DNA of 63,449 bases from a virus (IMGVR_UViG_3300012986_000064:1-63449); one strand, 5' to 3'. Numbered from the stretch's first letter, positions 19,797-28,041 are shown. Notes: generated by a model not told the origin, from the letters alone. Made by a program: numbers and translations.

Positions 19797-20570
19797 TTAC
19801 GAAGGCATAGACACAACACCATGCACCCGAAACCAGGCATACGCTCCCCACTGAAAGGGCAATTCCCGATGGGAGCGTCGGGGGTTACAGTCGTCGAAGA
19901 GGGTGAACAGACGTGCGCTGATGCGCTCATACGAATGGCACTTATGCACCCGCCCCACGTCGCTTAGTTTCAATACCCCATCAACCGGCTTCACCCGCAC
20001 CAGCACGTCGCCGGGTTGCACGTCCTCAAAAGCCCTAACCGGAACCACGGCAACCAGCGCCCCCTTTGGATATGCCGGGGCCATCTTATTGCTAGGAAAC
20101 ATGAACAGCTCGACCCCGCGCAGGTCGGGCGAAGGCTTGACAACACGTAGGCCCGTTTCCGGGCCTACGTGTTGGAGAATGGAGGCCCACAAGTTGCCAA
20201 TCTCGGCAACCGCGTCGGCTTCTTCTAGGCGGTTGATTTTTACCAGCGCCTGGGTGCGCTGCGCCGGCGTAACCCCCGGCAATTGCACCAACGCCTTAAT
20301 TTCTTCCTTTTGGGTAGCCGTGGCATACCGCACGGCGGGCCGCTGCCGACCTTCGCGGCTGGTCAGCTCCTTGCCAACATTGGCCGTCCACCGCACTAGG
20401 CGGCTGAGGCAGTTGCACTCATGCACGTTATGGTTAGCACGCAGCTGCTCCGCTTCCGTGAACAGGTCGTTGCCCACAATCAGGGCAAGCAGGTTGACGC
20501 GAAGCACGCCAATAGGGGTCTGGGCGTCGGCCACCTGGGCGACGTTTCCATGTTTGGGGGTGTTGTACAT
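19797..20570 (-). CDS. Putative antirepressor-like protein: helical ATAxQKE domain + degenerate S24-like C-terminal domain
   Basis: YATATQKEEI...INRL shared with 58148-58822; SNKMAPAYPKGALV aligns with GESMEPTFFGGDYV of CI but lacks the Ser. Confidence 0.55.
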   Translation of the reverse strand: MYNTPKHGNVAQVADAQTPIGVLRVNLLALIVGNDLFTEAEQLRANHNVHECNCLSRLVRWTANVGKELTSREGRQRPAVRYATATQKEEIKALVQLPGVTPAQRTQALVKINRLEEADAVAEIGNLWASILQHVGPETGLRVVKPSPDLRGVELFMFPSNKMAPAYPKGALVAVVPVRAFEDVQPGDVLVRVKPVDGVLKLSDVGRVHKCHSYERISARLFTLFDDCNPRRSHRELPFQWGAYAWFRVHGVVSMPS

Positions 20571-20578
20571 TTGTACAG

Positions 20579-20667
20579 TTGGGAAAGTGAGATTTTCCCA
20601 GCTTCAGAGGCAGCCCCTGCCAGGGCTGTTTCGGGAGGCCAGCCCCTGCCAGGGCTGGCCTCTTTTC
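20579..20667 (+). ncRNA. Predicted cis-antisense sRNA 1
   Basis: TACATTTG box at 20566-20573 on + strand, three hairpins, last (20635-20662) followed by TTTT. Confidence 0.55.
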
Positions 20668-20699
20668 CATTCCTCATCTACTGGTGTTCCCCTTTGGAA

Positions 20700-20797
20700 C
20701 GATACAAATGTACCAGTGCTTTTTTGGTGTTACAAGTTTTTTACCAAAAAAAAACCAAAATATCTTTGGTATAATTGCAGTGTATTACATTTGCAGA
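20700..20797. promoter_or_regulatory. Divergent promoters with putative RHH operator array
   Basis: TACATTTG boxes on both strands (minus ~20705-20712, plus 20786-20793); repeated TTTGGT/ACCAAA half-sites between them. Confidence 0.6.
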
Positions 20798-20965
20798 ATG
20801 AAAAAGGAAAAAGCCGAGCGCACCGGGAAAAAGCAGATAGGCCTAGAAGTAACTGCTGCCGAAAAAGAGTTGGCCGAAAAGGTAGCCGAGGCCAGAGGGC
20901 TCGGTCTCTCTGCATTGGTAAGGCTGCTGATTAAGGACGAGGCTCGCCGCTTGGGTATCGAGTAG
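20798..20965 (+). CDS. Ribbon-helix-helix (CopG-like) regulator, 55 aa
   Basis: KQIGLEV strand followed by two helices, ending LSALVRLLIKDEARRLGIE; leaderless after TACATTTGC. Confidence 0.75.
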   Translation: MKKEKAERTGKKQIGLEVTAAEKELAEKVAEARGLGLSALVRLLIKDEARRLGIE

Positions 20966-21007
20966 CTCCACCAGCCGCTTGGGCATTTTCACAACAGTTC
21001 CTTGCTT

Positions 21008-21145
21008 ATGAAATCGTCTGACATACTTGTTCTGATTATCACAGCAACTTCGTTTGTGGGCGCGGTGGTCTGCTACCTGCGTGTATTTAACCCCATTTTA
21101 TTAAATCACAGACAGCGGCAAATCAAAGCAACACGCCGCTCATAA
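21008..21145 (+). CDS. 45-aa single-TM peptide (below ORF-track cut-off)
   Basis: Manual translation MKSSDILVLIITATSFVGAVVCYLRVFNPILLNHRQRQIKATRRS. Confidence 0.55.
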   Translation: MKSSDILVLIITATSFVGAVVCYLRVFNPILLNHRQRQIKATRRS

Positions 21146-21201
21146 ACAGGCAGCTTTACCGCTCTGCTGTAGAAAAGCGGGCATTTTTGCCGGTAATGTC
21201 A

Positions 21202-21729
21202 TCAGCGCGTGGCTACGGCCTTCGCCAACCCCGTGCCATCAATGAAGATGCGGCGCACACTGGCAGGCCGGGCCACACGCCACGGCGTGCGCCGGGCACA
21301 CTTCAGGCTCGACTTCGGGAATGGGTCAATACCGTGCCGGTTGGCCTGGTTGCCGCCCAACACATAATAGTGGTGCTCATCCTCGCCCACGTAAATGCCC
21401 ACGTGGGAGAAGCTAAATACCAGCACGTCGCCCAGCATCGGCACGGCCGTCGGGTTGCCCCACTTGCACCACCAGAACGCGCGGGGCATCTCGGGCTGAC
21501 GTAACGAAGCCACGCCGGCCCGCACGGCCGCAATAGCCATTGCCGTTCCGCACCAGGGCGTTTCATCGTCGTTAATCCACGAAAACCCCAACTCCTTAAG
21601 CCAGGACATAATCACCGGGCTATGCTGCTTGCCTGGAATTTCGTGGGTGCCAAAGAGCTTCAGAGCTTCAAGTAGCAGCTTGGGGGCGGGCTCTGTGGCG
21701 AGGTAAGCGAATTTGGCGGGAAGGTTCAT
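21202..21729 (-). CDS. Endolysin, TIGR02594-type NlpC/CHAP-like hydrolase
   Basis: DDETPWCG, GDVLVF...HVGIY, VLGGNQ motifs. Confidence 0.85.
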   Translation of the reverse strand: MNLPAKFAYLATEPAPKLLLEALKLFGTHEIPGKQHSPVIMSWLKELGFSWINDDETPWCGTAMAIAAVRAGVASLRQPEMPRAFWWCKWGNPTAVPMLGDVLVFSFSHVGIYVGEDEHHYYVLGGNQANRHGIDPFPKSSLKCARRTPWRVARPASVRRIFIDGTGLAKAVATR

Positions 21730-21735
21730 GGCGGA

Positions 21736-22514
21736 TTAATCGGTTTTGTTTTTCTCTATCAGGTAGTCGATGGCCGAGTGGAAGTCGAACAGCGTCAGCT
21801 CCCCGGCGCGGGGAAAGCCCTGGTCAGCCAGGGCCGCGCAGAGCTTGCCAAACCGCTGCTGCTTTTCCACGACCACGTTGCGCGGGTCGCCGTCGTCGAA
21901 GATGTCCGGGCGGGCCAGGTCCAGCAGGTAGCTGTCGATTTCCTGCAGCGTATCGATGTGCGTCGCCTCGCCTGTTAGCACGAAGTCGCAGACCGCAACC
22001 ACCCGCCGCTGCAGCTGCCGGGCGTAGGCCTGGGTTTCGGCATCGGCGCTGAAGCGGGCCGGGAAGTAGGTGCTCAGCTCCGCCGGAAGTTTTTTTTTAC
22101 GTCGGTGAGCAGCTCGCTCACCTGGCCTTGCGTCAGCCCCATCGCGCTGAGCCGTAGCAGCAGCTCCTTCAGCCCCTGCTCGCTCAGGTCCGTAACCGGC
22201 ACGCCATCCACGGCCGCGACCAGGCAGCCAAAGGCCAGCTGCGTGGGGTCGAACTTCTCCAGCATGAACTGCACGTTGTAGTGCAGGTTGGCCAGCTCGT
22301 CGGCGGCCTCGCCCAGGCGGTGCGGCTCCTGCTGGGCGGCTACCATCAGCGCTGCCAGCTGCTCGAAGTGGCGCTGCACTGCGCCTATGCTGGAGCCGAT
22401 GCCGGCGGCTTGCACCAGGTACTGCTGCATGGTGGCGTGGCGCCCGGCGGGCAGCTCGAAAATGCTTTGGTACAGGCTGACGTGGTGGGCGTCGCCCAGG
22501 GGAACGGTTTGCAT
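21736..22514 (-). CDS. Tail assembly chaperone GT form produced by -1 programmed frameshift
   Basis: A9 run (22090-22098); the -1 frame is open (LPAELSTYFP...) into ORF 21736-22002. Confidence 0.75.
22074..22514 (-). CDS. Tail assembly chaperone G form (146 aa)
   Basis: Ends ...DVKKNFRRS over the slippery GTA AAA AAA AAC. Confidence 0.75.
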   Translation of the reverse strand: MQTVPLGDAHHVSLYQSIFELPAGRHATMQQYLVQAAGIGSSIGAVQRHFEQLAALMVAAQQEPHRLGEAADELANLHYNVQFMLEKFDPTQLAFGCLVAAVDGVPVTDLSEQGLKELLLRLSAMGLTQGQVSELLTDVKKNFRRS

Positions 22515-22548
22515 AAGGCAGGGCAGAATGAGAGGTGTAAGTACGGTA

Positions 22549-22692
22549 TTAATGTACTTACTTTACAAACATTAAACCATGAGCACCCTCCTCGCCCAGA
22601 ACTCGCCCCGCTTTCGCTACACCCTGGATAGCGACATTTTAGGCCCGTTCGTGCTCAAAAACGACCCCATTGGCTGGGATGAGTTGGGCAAG
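22549..22692 (+). repeat. Inverted repeat arm B (late element copy 4 + tail-gene N-terminus)
   Basis: TTAATGTACTTACTTTACAAACATTAA (22549-22575) then MSTLLAQNSPRFRYTLDSDILGPFVLKNDPIGWDELGK. Confidence 0.9.
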
Positions 22693-22836
22693 TGGGAAAA
22701 GAGCAGCCATCCGTACATGTCGGATAGCTGCCCACCGAGCCGCTTAGGCAAAGCCTTTTCAGGCTGCCAGACTTCCACCCGGAAACCGGCTGGCAGAACC
22801 AAGGTAACGAGTTGCGAGCAATGGCGGTATCCTTAG
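22579..22836 (+). pseudogene. Truncated copy of the tail gene 11828-14041 (38 homologous codons, then unrelated sequence)
   Basis: 35/38 aa identical to the N-terminus of the full gene. Confidence 0.8.
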
Positions 22837-24839
22837 TCTAGTGCATCTTTCGGCATTAAACCGAACTGCTTAAGGAGGTAGCGCACGTCTTTATTGGGAA
22901 GAGAGCGCCACCCCGCAGCGGTGTTTACTAAAACAAAAGTTGGTGGCTCGATATAAGCATACGACATATCCCCTAGAGCTGCCCTGTTTTGATTCTGAAG
23001 AAGCTGCCACCCCTTCCCTTTTGCATATTTTTCGAATAACCTTGTTGAAGCTATATCTACCATAACATTGCCTATCCTATCAGGAGGCAAATTGTACGCT
23101 TCTAAAATTCTTCTGGCGAAGAACTCCATGTCGGCATCGGAATAGTCTTGTAGCTTTTTTGGCTCTTCGAGTGATTGTTGCATTCCATAATAAGCCTCCT
23201 CTACAACCGAGACAAATTTCCTTATCCCCGTTCTCTTCTCTAATTCAATCAGGCAATTTTCGATTTCCTGGTAATCTGCGGTGTTAAGGCTTATACCAAA
23301 ACACTTCTCCGCCATGAATCTAATGTCATACGAGGTGCCGAGGGCGACATGGGCATCTTTGTAAAGCGCACATTCTATTAAACAATTGTAGGCACTGAGC
23401 GCTAGTTTAAGATGTGTTTCGTATACTTTATCTAAGTCAGCAGAAGCCGAACGGGATTTACCTGCGAAGACCAGCATGGAGGTAAACTGCGATGATTGAA
23501 ACATTTTAGCCAAAGCAAGCATCGCATACCCCAGTACTCTCTTATTGTCGCTACCTCTATACTCCTTGTATATTGACAGCACGCGTTCACGGCTTTTTTC
23601 TGATAATGACAGCAAATAAGATGCTATCTTAACCCGCTGTGGTTCTGGGGAAAGTGCGCCTAACCGTTCCTGTATTCTAATATTATATCCGTGCTTAAAG
23701 ATTAGCTTGTCTGTGTATATGTATAGATTTTCAGCATTAAATACCTGCAAGGCGGCCTTGCTTTCCGCAGTCAAGCCTGATGCCTCAATTTCACTAAAAA
23801 TAGAGTCTATTTGTTGCTCTATGGTTTCATCAACCACTTCATTGGCAAATGTGTGCAGGAGCAACGTGTAGACAATATTAATTTTGAAACCGAGAATATT
23901 GGCCTCGTTTTTTGCTGATTTAACCAACTCACTGAGAATACCACCCAACTCTTCGGTGGTTATTTCTCCTTTCAGGAAGCTTGTCCTCGCTTTTGTAAAA
24001 TGCAGCAGTTCCTGTTCAGTAGGCGAGAATGAATCAATTTCGTTGAAACACCGGCGCAAGAATGGTTCGGCTTCAATAATGTACCCGGCGCTCCCATAGG
24101 TAATTGCACCAATAAAAAGGAGCTTGTTTGACTTGTTTATAACAGCGGCGGGCAACTGCTCCAGCATCCATAATAGCATGTCCATTGAATCAGTGTTCAA
24201 AAGGCCATGACCATATTGCTCCAAAAACCTAGTGATGTTTTGAGGGCTACTGAAGTCTATTTCATCCGGCGACTTGATATGCTCACTAAAAACAGGGATA
24301 CCATAGCTCTGACCATGTTTGGTGAGCATAAGGCTCTGATTCTCATGTCTGGCAAGCATTTTCTTGTGAAGTGCTTTAGCAGACTCTTCGTTTAATTCAT
24401 TTGTCTCAATGTAAATCGTTGCGTTTGCCTGGCTTTTCCATTCCGGGTTGTATTCATCAAGCCTGGAGACAACCGAATCTACATAATCGAAGTAGCTTTT
24501 ATTTCCTATCTCATCAAACAGGACAATAATTCCATATGCTGGTGGCCTTTTGCACAGGTACCCCAAACGAGAGGTTTTAAAGGTAAGTGTACAATATTGG
24601 ATCCCGTTTTTGGTGGTGAGCTTCACCTTGCCGGTACTCTTGATTTGTACAGCAAACTTTTGAGATGATGCCCGCTTATCCGGGGTTACGAGTTCCACAT
24701 CCATGTCAACCCCGTAGTCCGGAGTCTCTTCGCGGCACAGGAACCCGTTACGACGGGTCAGTACACACCGGACGGCATTTACCGACTCCTCGCTTCTTAT
24801 AGAGTTGTCATCAACTTCTGGTTCGTCTGAAAAGGCCAT
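22833..24839 (-). CDS. DUF4365 (PD-(D/E)XK-like) + helical/TPR-like protein, candidate anti-phage effector
   Basis: REETPDYGVDMDVE...FAVQIKS motif; long helical C-terminus; AT-rich. Confidence 0.75.
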   Translation of the reverse strand: MAFSDEPEVDDNSIRSEESVNAVRCVLTRRNGFLCREETPDYGVDMDVELVTPDKRASSQKFAVQIKSTGKVKLTTKNGIQYCTLTFKTSRLGYLCKRPPAYGIIVLFDEIGNKSYFDYVDSVVSRLDEYNPEWKSQANATIYIETNELNEESAKALHKKMLARHENQSLMLTKHGQSYGIPVFSEHIKSPDEIDFSSPQNITRFLEQYGHGLLNTDSMDMLLWMLEQLPAAVINKSNKLLFIGAITYGSAGYIIEAEPFLRRCFNEIDSFSPTEQELLHFTKARTSFLKGEITTEELGGILSELVKSAKNEANILGFKINIVYTLLLHTFANEVVDETIEQQIDSIFSEIEASGLTAESKAALQVFNAENLYIYTDKLIFKHGYNIRIQERLGALSPEPQRVKIASYLLSLSEKSRERVLSIYKEYRGSDNKRVLGYAMLALAKMFQSSQFTSMLVFAGKSRSASADLDKVYETHLKLALSAYNCLIECALYKDAHVALGTSYDIRFMAEKCFGISLNTADYQEIENCLIELEKRTGIRKFVSVVEEAYYGMQQSLEEPKKLQDYSDADMEFFARRILEAYNLPPDRIGNVMVDIASTRLFEKYAKGKGWQLLQNQNRAALGDMSYAYIEPPTFVLVNTAAGWRSLPNKDVRYLLKQFGLMPKDALD

Positions 24840-24911
24840 CGCCTGGGGAATTTGAAATAGTCCGGCCAACTATAAAGAAGGCAAGCACGTGGACCAGATT
24901 TTTAAATATGG

Positions 24912-25652
24912 CTAATCTGCAGATGGGCTTGAGGCAACAGGTGCGCTGCAGGCTTTCAAAAAAGCAATTCCCAGCTTTGTAGGACCAATGTTAGCTGTCC
25001 CGTAACCAGTCGCCATTGAAAGTTCTGGTGTACCACCTTTAATAAGTTCATTGAGTGCTTGAATCATTGAGACGGTGCCAGCGACTATACACAGACGAAG
25101 GCGAACTAAGTTATCTAACGCAACGTCAAATTCATCGCCCGAAATACCCTCTTTTACAACCGCTTCTTTGATGAAGTTGGTATCCATCATGAATAAAGAA
25201 CCGGCTTTCTTTATGCCGCCACGTGATTCAGGAAACAGGGCATTGAGAATTCGTACATGGATAGGGCCGAGCTGCTTCATAATTTCTATGAAACCACTAT
25301 CAAATTTTGCAACTGAATGAGGGTTGGCTGCATTTGCCAGCAAATTGGCCCATGTTTTCTGAAGGAATTCATCTTCTTCCAGGGAGGCGCTTTCTATAAG
25401 GGGAACTAATACCTTAAAAGGTACTTCTTGAGGTTCAATGTTGGCTTCAACCAGTACATTGCCAGCGTCTATTAATACCTTCGCTCCCGCCTTCGCTCGC
25501 AATCCTTTTACATAGTCCCTGCCTGCCTCTCCAATCTCTTCGAGTGCCGGCTTAAATACAGTGCTGAGTGCTGGACGAGCGGCCTTTATTATGCCTACGG
25601 CAGTTACCGTCTGCGGCATGGCTTGGATAATGGTAGTCAACAGGTCAGACAT
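24912..25652 (-). CDS. Abi-alpha (DUF4393) family protein
   Basis: PLIESASLEEDEFLQKTWANLLANA, FIEIMKQL, LDNLVRLRL, T.LG..F..AC. Confidence 0.8.
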   Translation of the reverse strand: MSDLLTTIIQAMPQTVTAVGIIKAARPALSTVFKPALEEIGEAGRDYVKGLRAKAGAKVLIDAGNVLVEANIEPQEVPFKVLVPLIESASLEEDEFLQKTWANLLANAANPHSVAKFDSGFIEIMKQLGPIHVRILNALFPESRGGIKKAGSLFMMDTNFIKEAVVKEGISGDEFDVALDNLVRLRLCIVAGTVSMIQALNELIKGGTPELSMATGYGTANIGPTKLGIAFLKACSAPVASSPSAD

Positions 25653-25672
25653 AGCGAAGGAATAAGTGAATT

Positions 25673-25707
25673 GCCAAGCTACAAAAAGCCCCCGGCTTGT
25701 GGGGCTT
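25673..25707 (-). repeat. Terminator-promoter unit copy 2
   Basis: + strand GCCAAGCTACAAAAAGCCCCCGGCTTGTGGGGCT. Confidence 0.85.
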
Positions 25708-25750
25708 TCTAAAACTCATTAGCCATGACTGCTTATGTAGCAAGGAACAA

Positions 25751-26848
25751 CTAATGTAGTCCCCCTGTATTAGCTGAGTGTTTGGGTAACATATCTGGCT
25801 TCTTAATGGGAATAGGGCAGCAGACTGCGTGTCCCTGTGTTATCCAATGATTGAGGGCATACTCCATTACACACGGATTGAACTCCGGCTGGCATACACT
25901 CGACAACTCCCGGCCGATTTTGGTTAGTACTACCACACCTGCCTCAATGACAGGGTAATCTCCTGCCTCTTTGGATTCAATTTCGACCTTTTCGCCATTA
26001 TAGGACAAGACAAGAGTCTGCGCGCCATAGGTATACCCTCCAAGGGCGGGTGAAAACTCAATTAGGCCAATATCGTGCAGGTGCTGTAGGTCGCTATACC
26101 CTAGAACATCTACTGAGTAACCTTCTGGGTCTGTGCCAAAAAGAATGATATCAGCTTGACCAGATGGTAACACCCAAAGGAATGCACACAACTTCCGAAA
26201 ACTTAAGGCCTCCTCATTGGTCAGGGTTGCCAAAAAGTCAACGGTTCGGGCCGAGAAGCTACCCGGTTGCTTGATTTCACCAGCGAGGATTTTCCCAAAA
26301 ATCAACTGCATTTCTTCGCTGGAAATATCCTGGGCCGTCCGGAAGTATCGGGTAGCCCAGTCCGGGTCAACTGGCTTATCGGACACGTCCGGCTCATCCA
26401 GCAGCTCGGCTGCAGCGTGAACCACGGCACTGTCCCGATTAAGTTGTTGGAGCATATTCTCGTAAGCTATGCGAAGCTGGCTCCGACGGTGTAAATCCTG
26501 CACTTCCTGCGGCATTCCCTTAAGCTCCGCTTGTACACCTGCATCCGTAATCGTGAGGCTTTCTAAATGGAGGCCACTGCGAGCCAGCTCGGTAATAATA
26601 CGCGCCTTCTCTTGAGCTACCCGCGTGTGTGCCGCGCCAGTCACCTGGATGCGATAGGCTTCATTATCCGCATTGGTCTTTGCAAGCCACTTTGCGCCAA
26701 TAAGGCGACCAACTGCGTCGGCTAAACGTCCACCGCCTGCTTGCACCAGTCCAGCCAACTTCTCAATTCCTTTGCCTCCACCCAAAAGGTCAGAAACGTT
26801 GAGACTAAATAATGCTTTGTCCCCTGATTTAGTGTTCTCCTCTGCCAT
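25751..26848 (-). CDS. DUF2806 family protein
   Basis: VDPDWATRYFRTAQDISSEEMQLIFGKILAGEIKQPGSFSART. Confidence 0.85.
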   Translation of the reverse strand: MAEENTKSGDKALFSLNVSDLLGGGKGIEKLAGLVQAGGGRLADAVGRLIGAKWLAKTNADNEAYRIQVTGAAHTRVAQEKARIITELARSGLHLESLTITDAGVQAELKGMPQEVQDLHRRSQLRIAYENMLQQLNRDSAVVHAAAELLDEPDVSDKPVDPDWATRYFRTAQDISSEEMQLIFGKILAGEIKQPGSFSARTVDFLATLTNEEALSFRKLCAFLWVLPSGQADIILFGTDPEGYSVDVLGYSDLQHLHDIGLIEFSPALGGYTYGAQTLVLSYNGEKVEIESKEAGDYPVIEAGVVVLTKIGRELSSVCQPEFNPCVMEYALNHWITQGHAVCCPIPIKKPDMLPKHSANTGGLH

Positions 26849-26873
26849 TGCACTTAACTCTGCGTGTTAAGCT

Positions 26874-26915
26874 GCCAAGCTACACAAAAAAGCCCCGGCT
26901 TGTGGGGCCGGGGCT
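26874..26915 (-). repeat. Terminator-promoter unit copy 3
   Basis: + strand GCCAAGCTACACAAAAAAGCCCCGGCTTGTGGGGCCGGGGCT. Confidence 0.9.
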
Positions 26916-26922
26916 GTATACT

Positions 26923-27954
26923 TTATTTGGTTAACATCTCCCATAGAAAAATGAGTCCAGCCCTCATAAAGGGCACTAGAAAACCCCCAATCAAAAGTGT
27001 AAATACTAAAAATTTAAATACATCGGCAGTAGACAAGGCTCGCCTTTTAGACGTTCCTATTGCGACAGCTGAACTAGGTGTGAGTAACGGCAAGTAAGTA
27101 TATGCAAGGTAGAAAGCACCCAGCCCTAAAGAAAATACGATTACGACGCTAGCAAGCATCTCAACGAAGTGGCTAGGTTTGGGTGACAGCTGCCAGTTAA
27201 AGTAGTAACTAAGCTTATCTTCAATCCTCACTGCTGCATTGATGCGCTTTAGTACTTTTAAAGCTTCTTTTTCATTGGTAATATCCACATATTTATCAAC
27301 TTTTTTAAATCCCCATATCAGTAATGCGATTGTAGTTAGTGCGCCAATAGTTTGTACAAACCATTCTTTCTGAAATATCCATAGTGGACGCATGATACCA
27401 CCATGAGCAGTCGTTTTTGCCATAGGTACTAAATCATCAAATAATTGGTCAACCCAGCGTTGATCAGAACCTGATACTATAATTTCTATCTTAGCTTTAA
27501 GAAAGTGATTGCGCTCATCGCGTCCGGTTTTAAAACGCTTTTCTGTTATAAATAACAGTTCAACATGCCCAGAAACAGCTTCTCCATTGCTGTCTATGGC
27601 AAATTTGCTCCATGTTATCTTAATGCTCAACGGGTCCTGACGCTTCCCTGCCCTATCAAGGAAGTGTTCAAAGCTATCAAATCGTTGAGTTGATAAGTCC
27701 TCAAAGCGAACTGCCCCTACGAAATCAATGCTTTCAGTTATACTTATAGTGTCCAACTGCTTATTAATCTCCTTATTAAACTCTTCTAATTGGTTGTCAG
27801 TTATAAAAAAAGGAAAGTATAAAAGCTGCTCGCGCTTATAACGCCGTAAATCATCCGCAGCCAAGCGGTTCATAAATTTAAACAGCCTAGTAGCTTTTGT
27901 ATCCTCTAGCGGGAGTGCCATCACTTTAGTATTAGGGTCGCTTTCGTTTTGCAT
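26923..27954 (-). CDS. Hypothetical protein, soluble N-domain + 3 TM
   Basis: AT-rich 343-aa ORF with C-terminal hydrophobic helices. Confidence 0.75.
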   Translation of the reverse strand: MQNESDPNTKVMALPLEDTKATRLFKFMNRLAADDLRRYKREQLLYFPFFITDNQLEEFNKEINKQLDTISITESIDFVGAVRFEDLSTQRFDSFEHFLDRAGKRQDPLSIKITWSKFAIDSNGEAVSGHVELLFITEKRFKTGRDERNHFLKAKIEIIVSGSDQRWVDQLFDDLVPMAKTTAHGGIMRPLWIFQKEWFVQTIGALTTIALLIWGFKKVDKYVDITNEKEALKVLKRINAAVRIEDKLSYYFNWQLSPKPSHFVEMLASVVIVFSLGLGAFYLAYTYLPLLTPSSAVAIGTSKRRALSTADVFKFLVFTLLIGGFLVPFMRAGLIFLWEMLTK

Positions 27955-27994
27955 AAGGGGTAGGTCTTTGTAAGGTTAAGTAATGCCCATCTTT

Positions 27995-28023
27995 TGGGCT
28001 GCCTATTTGATGTTGAGGCGGTA
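27995..28023 (-). repeat. Degenerate RHH 3'-tail remnant 4
   Basis: TACCGCCTCAACATCAAATAGGCAGCCCA; 21/29 nt match to remnant 2. Confidence 0.45.
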
Positions 28024-28041
28024 GGTCAAGAACAAGGTAAT

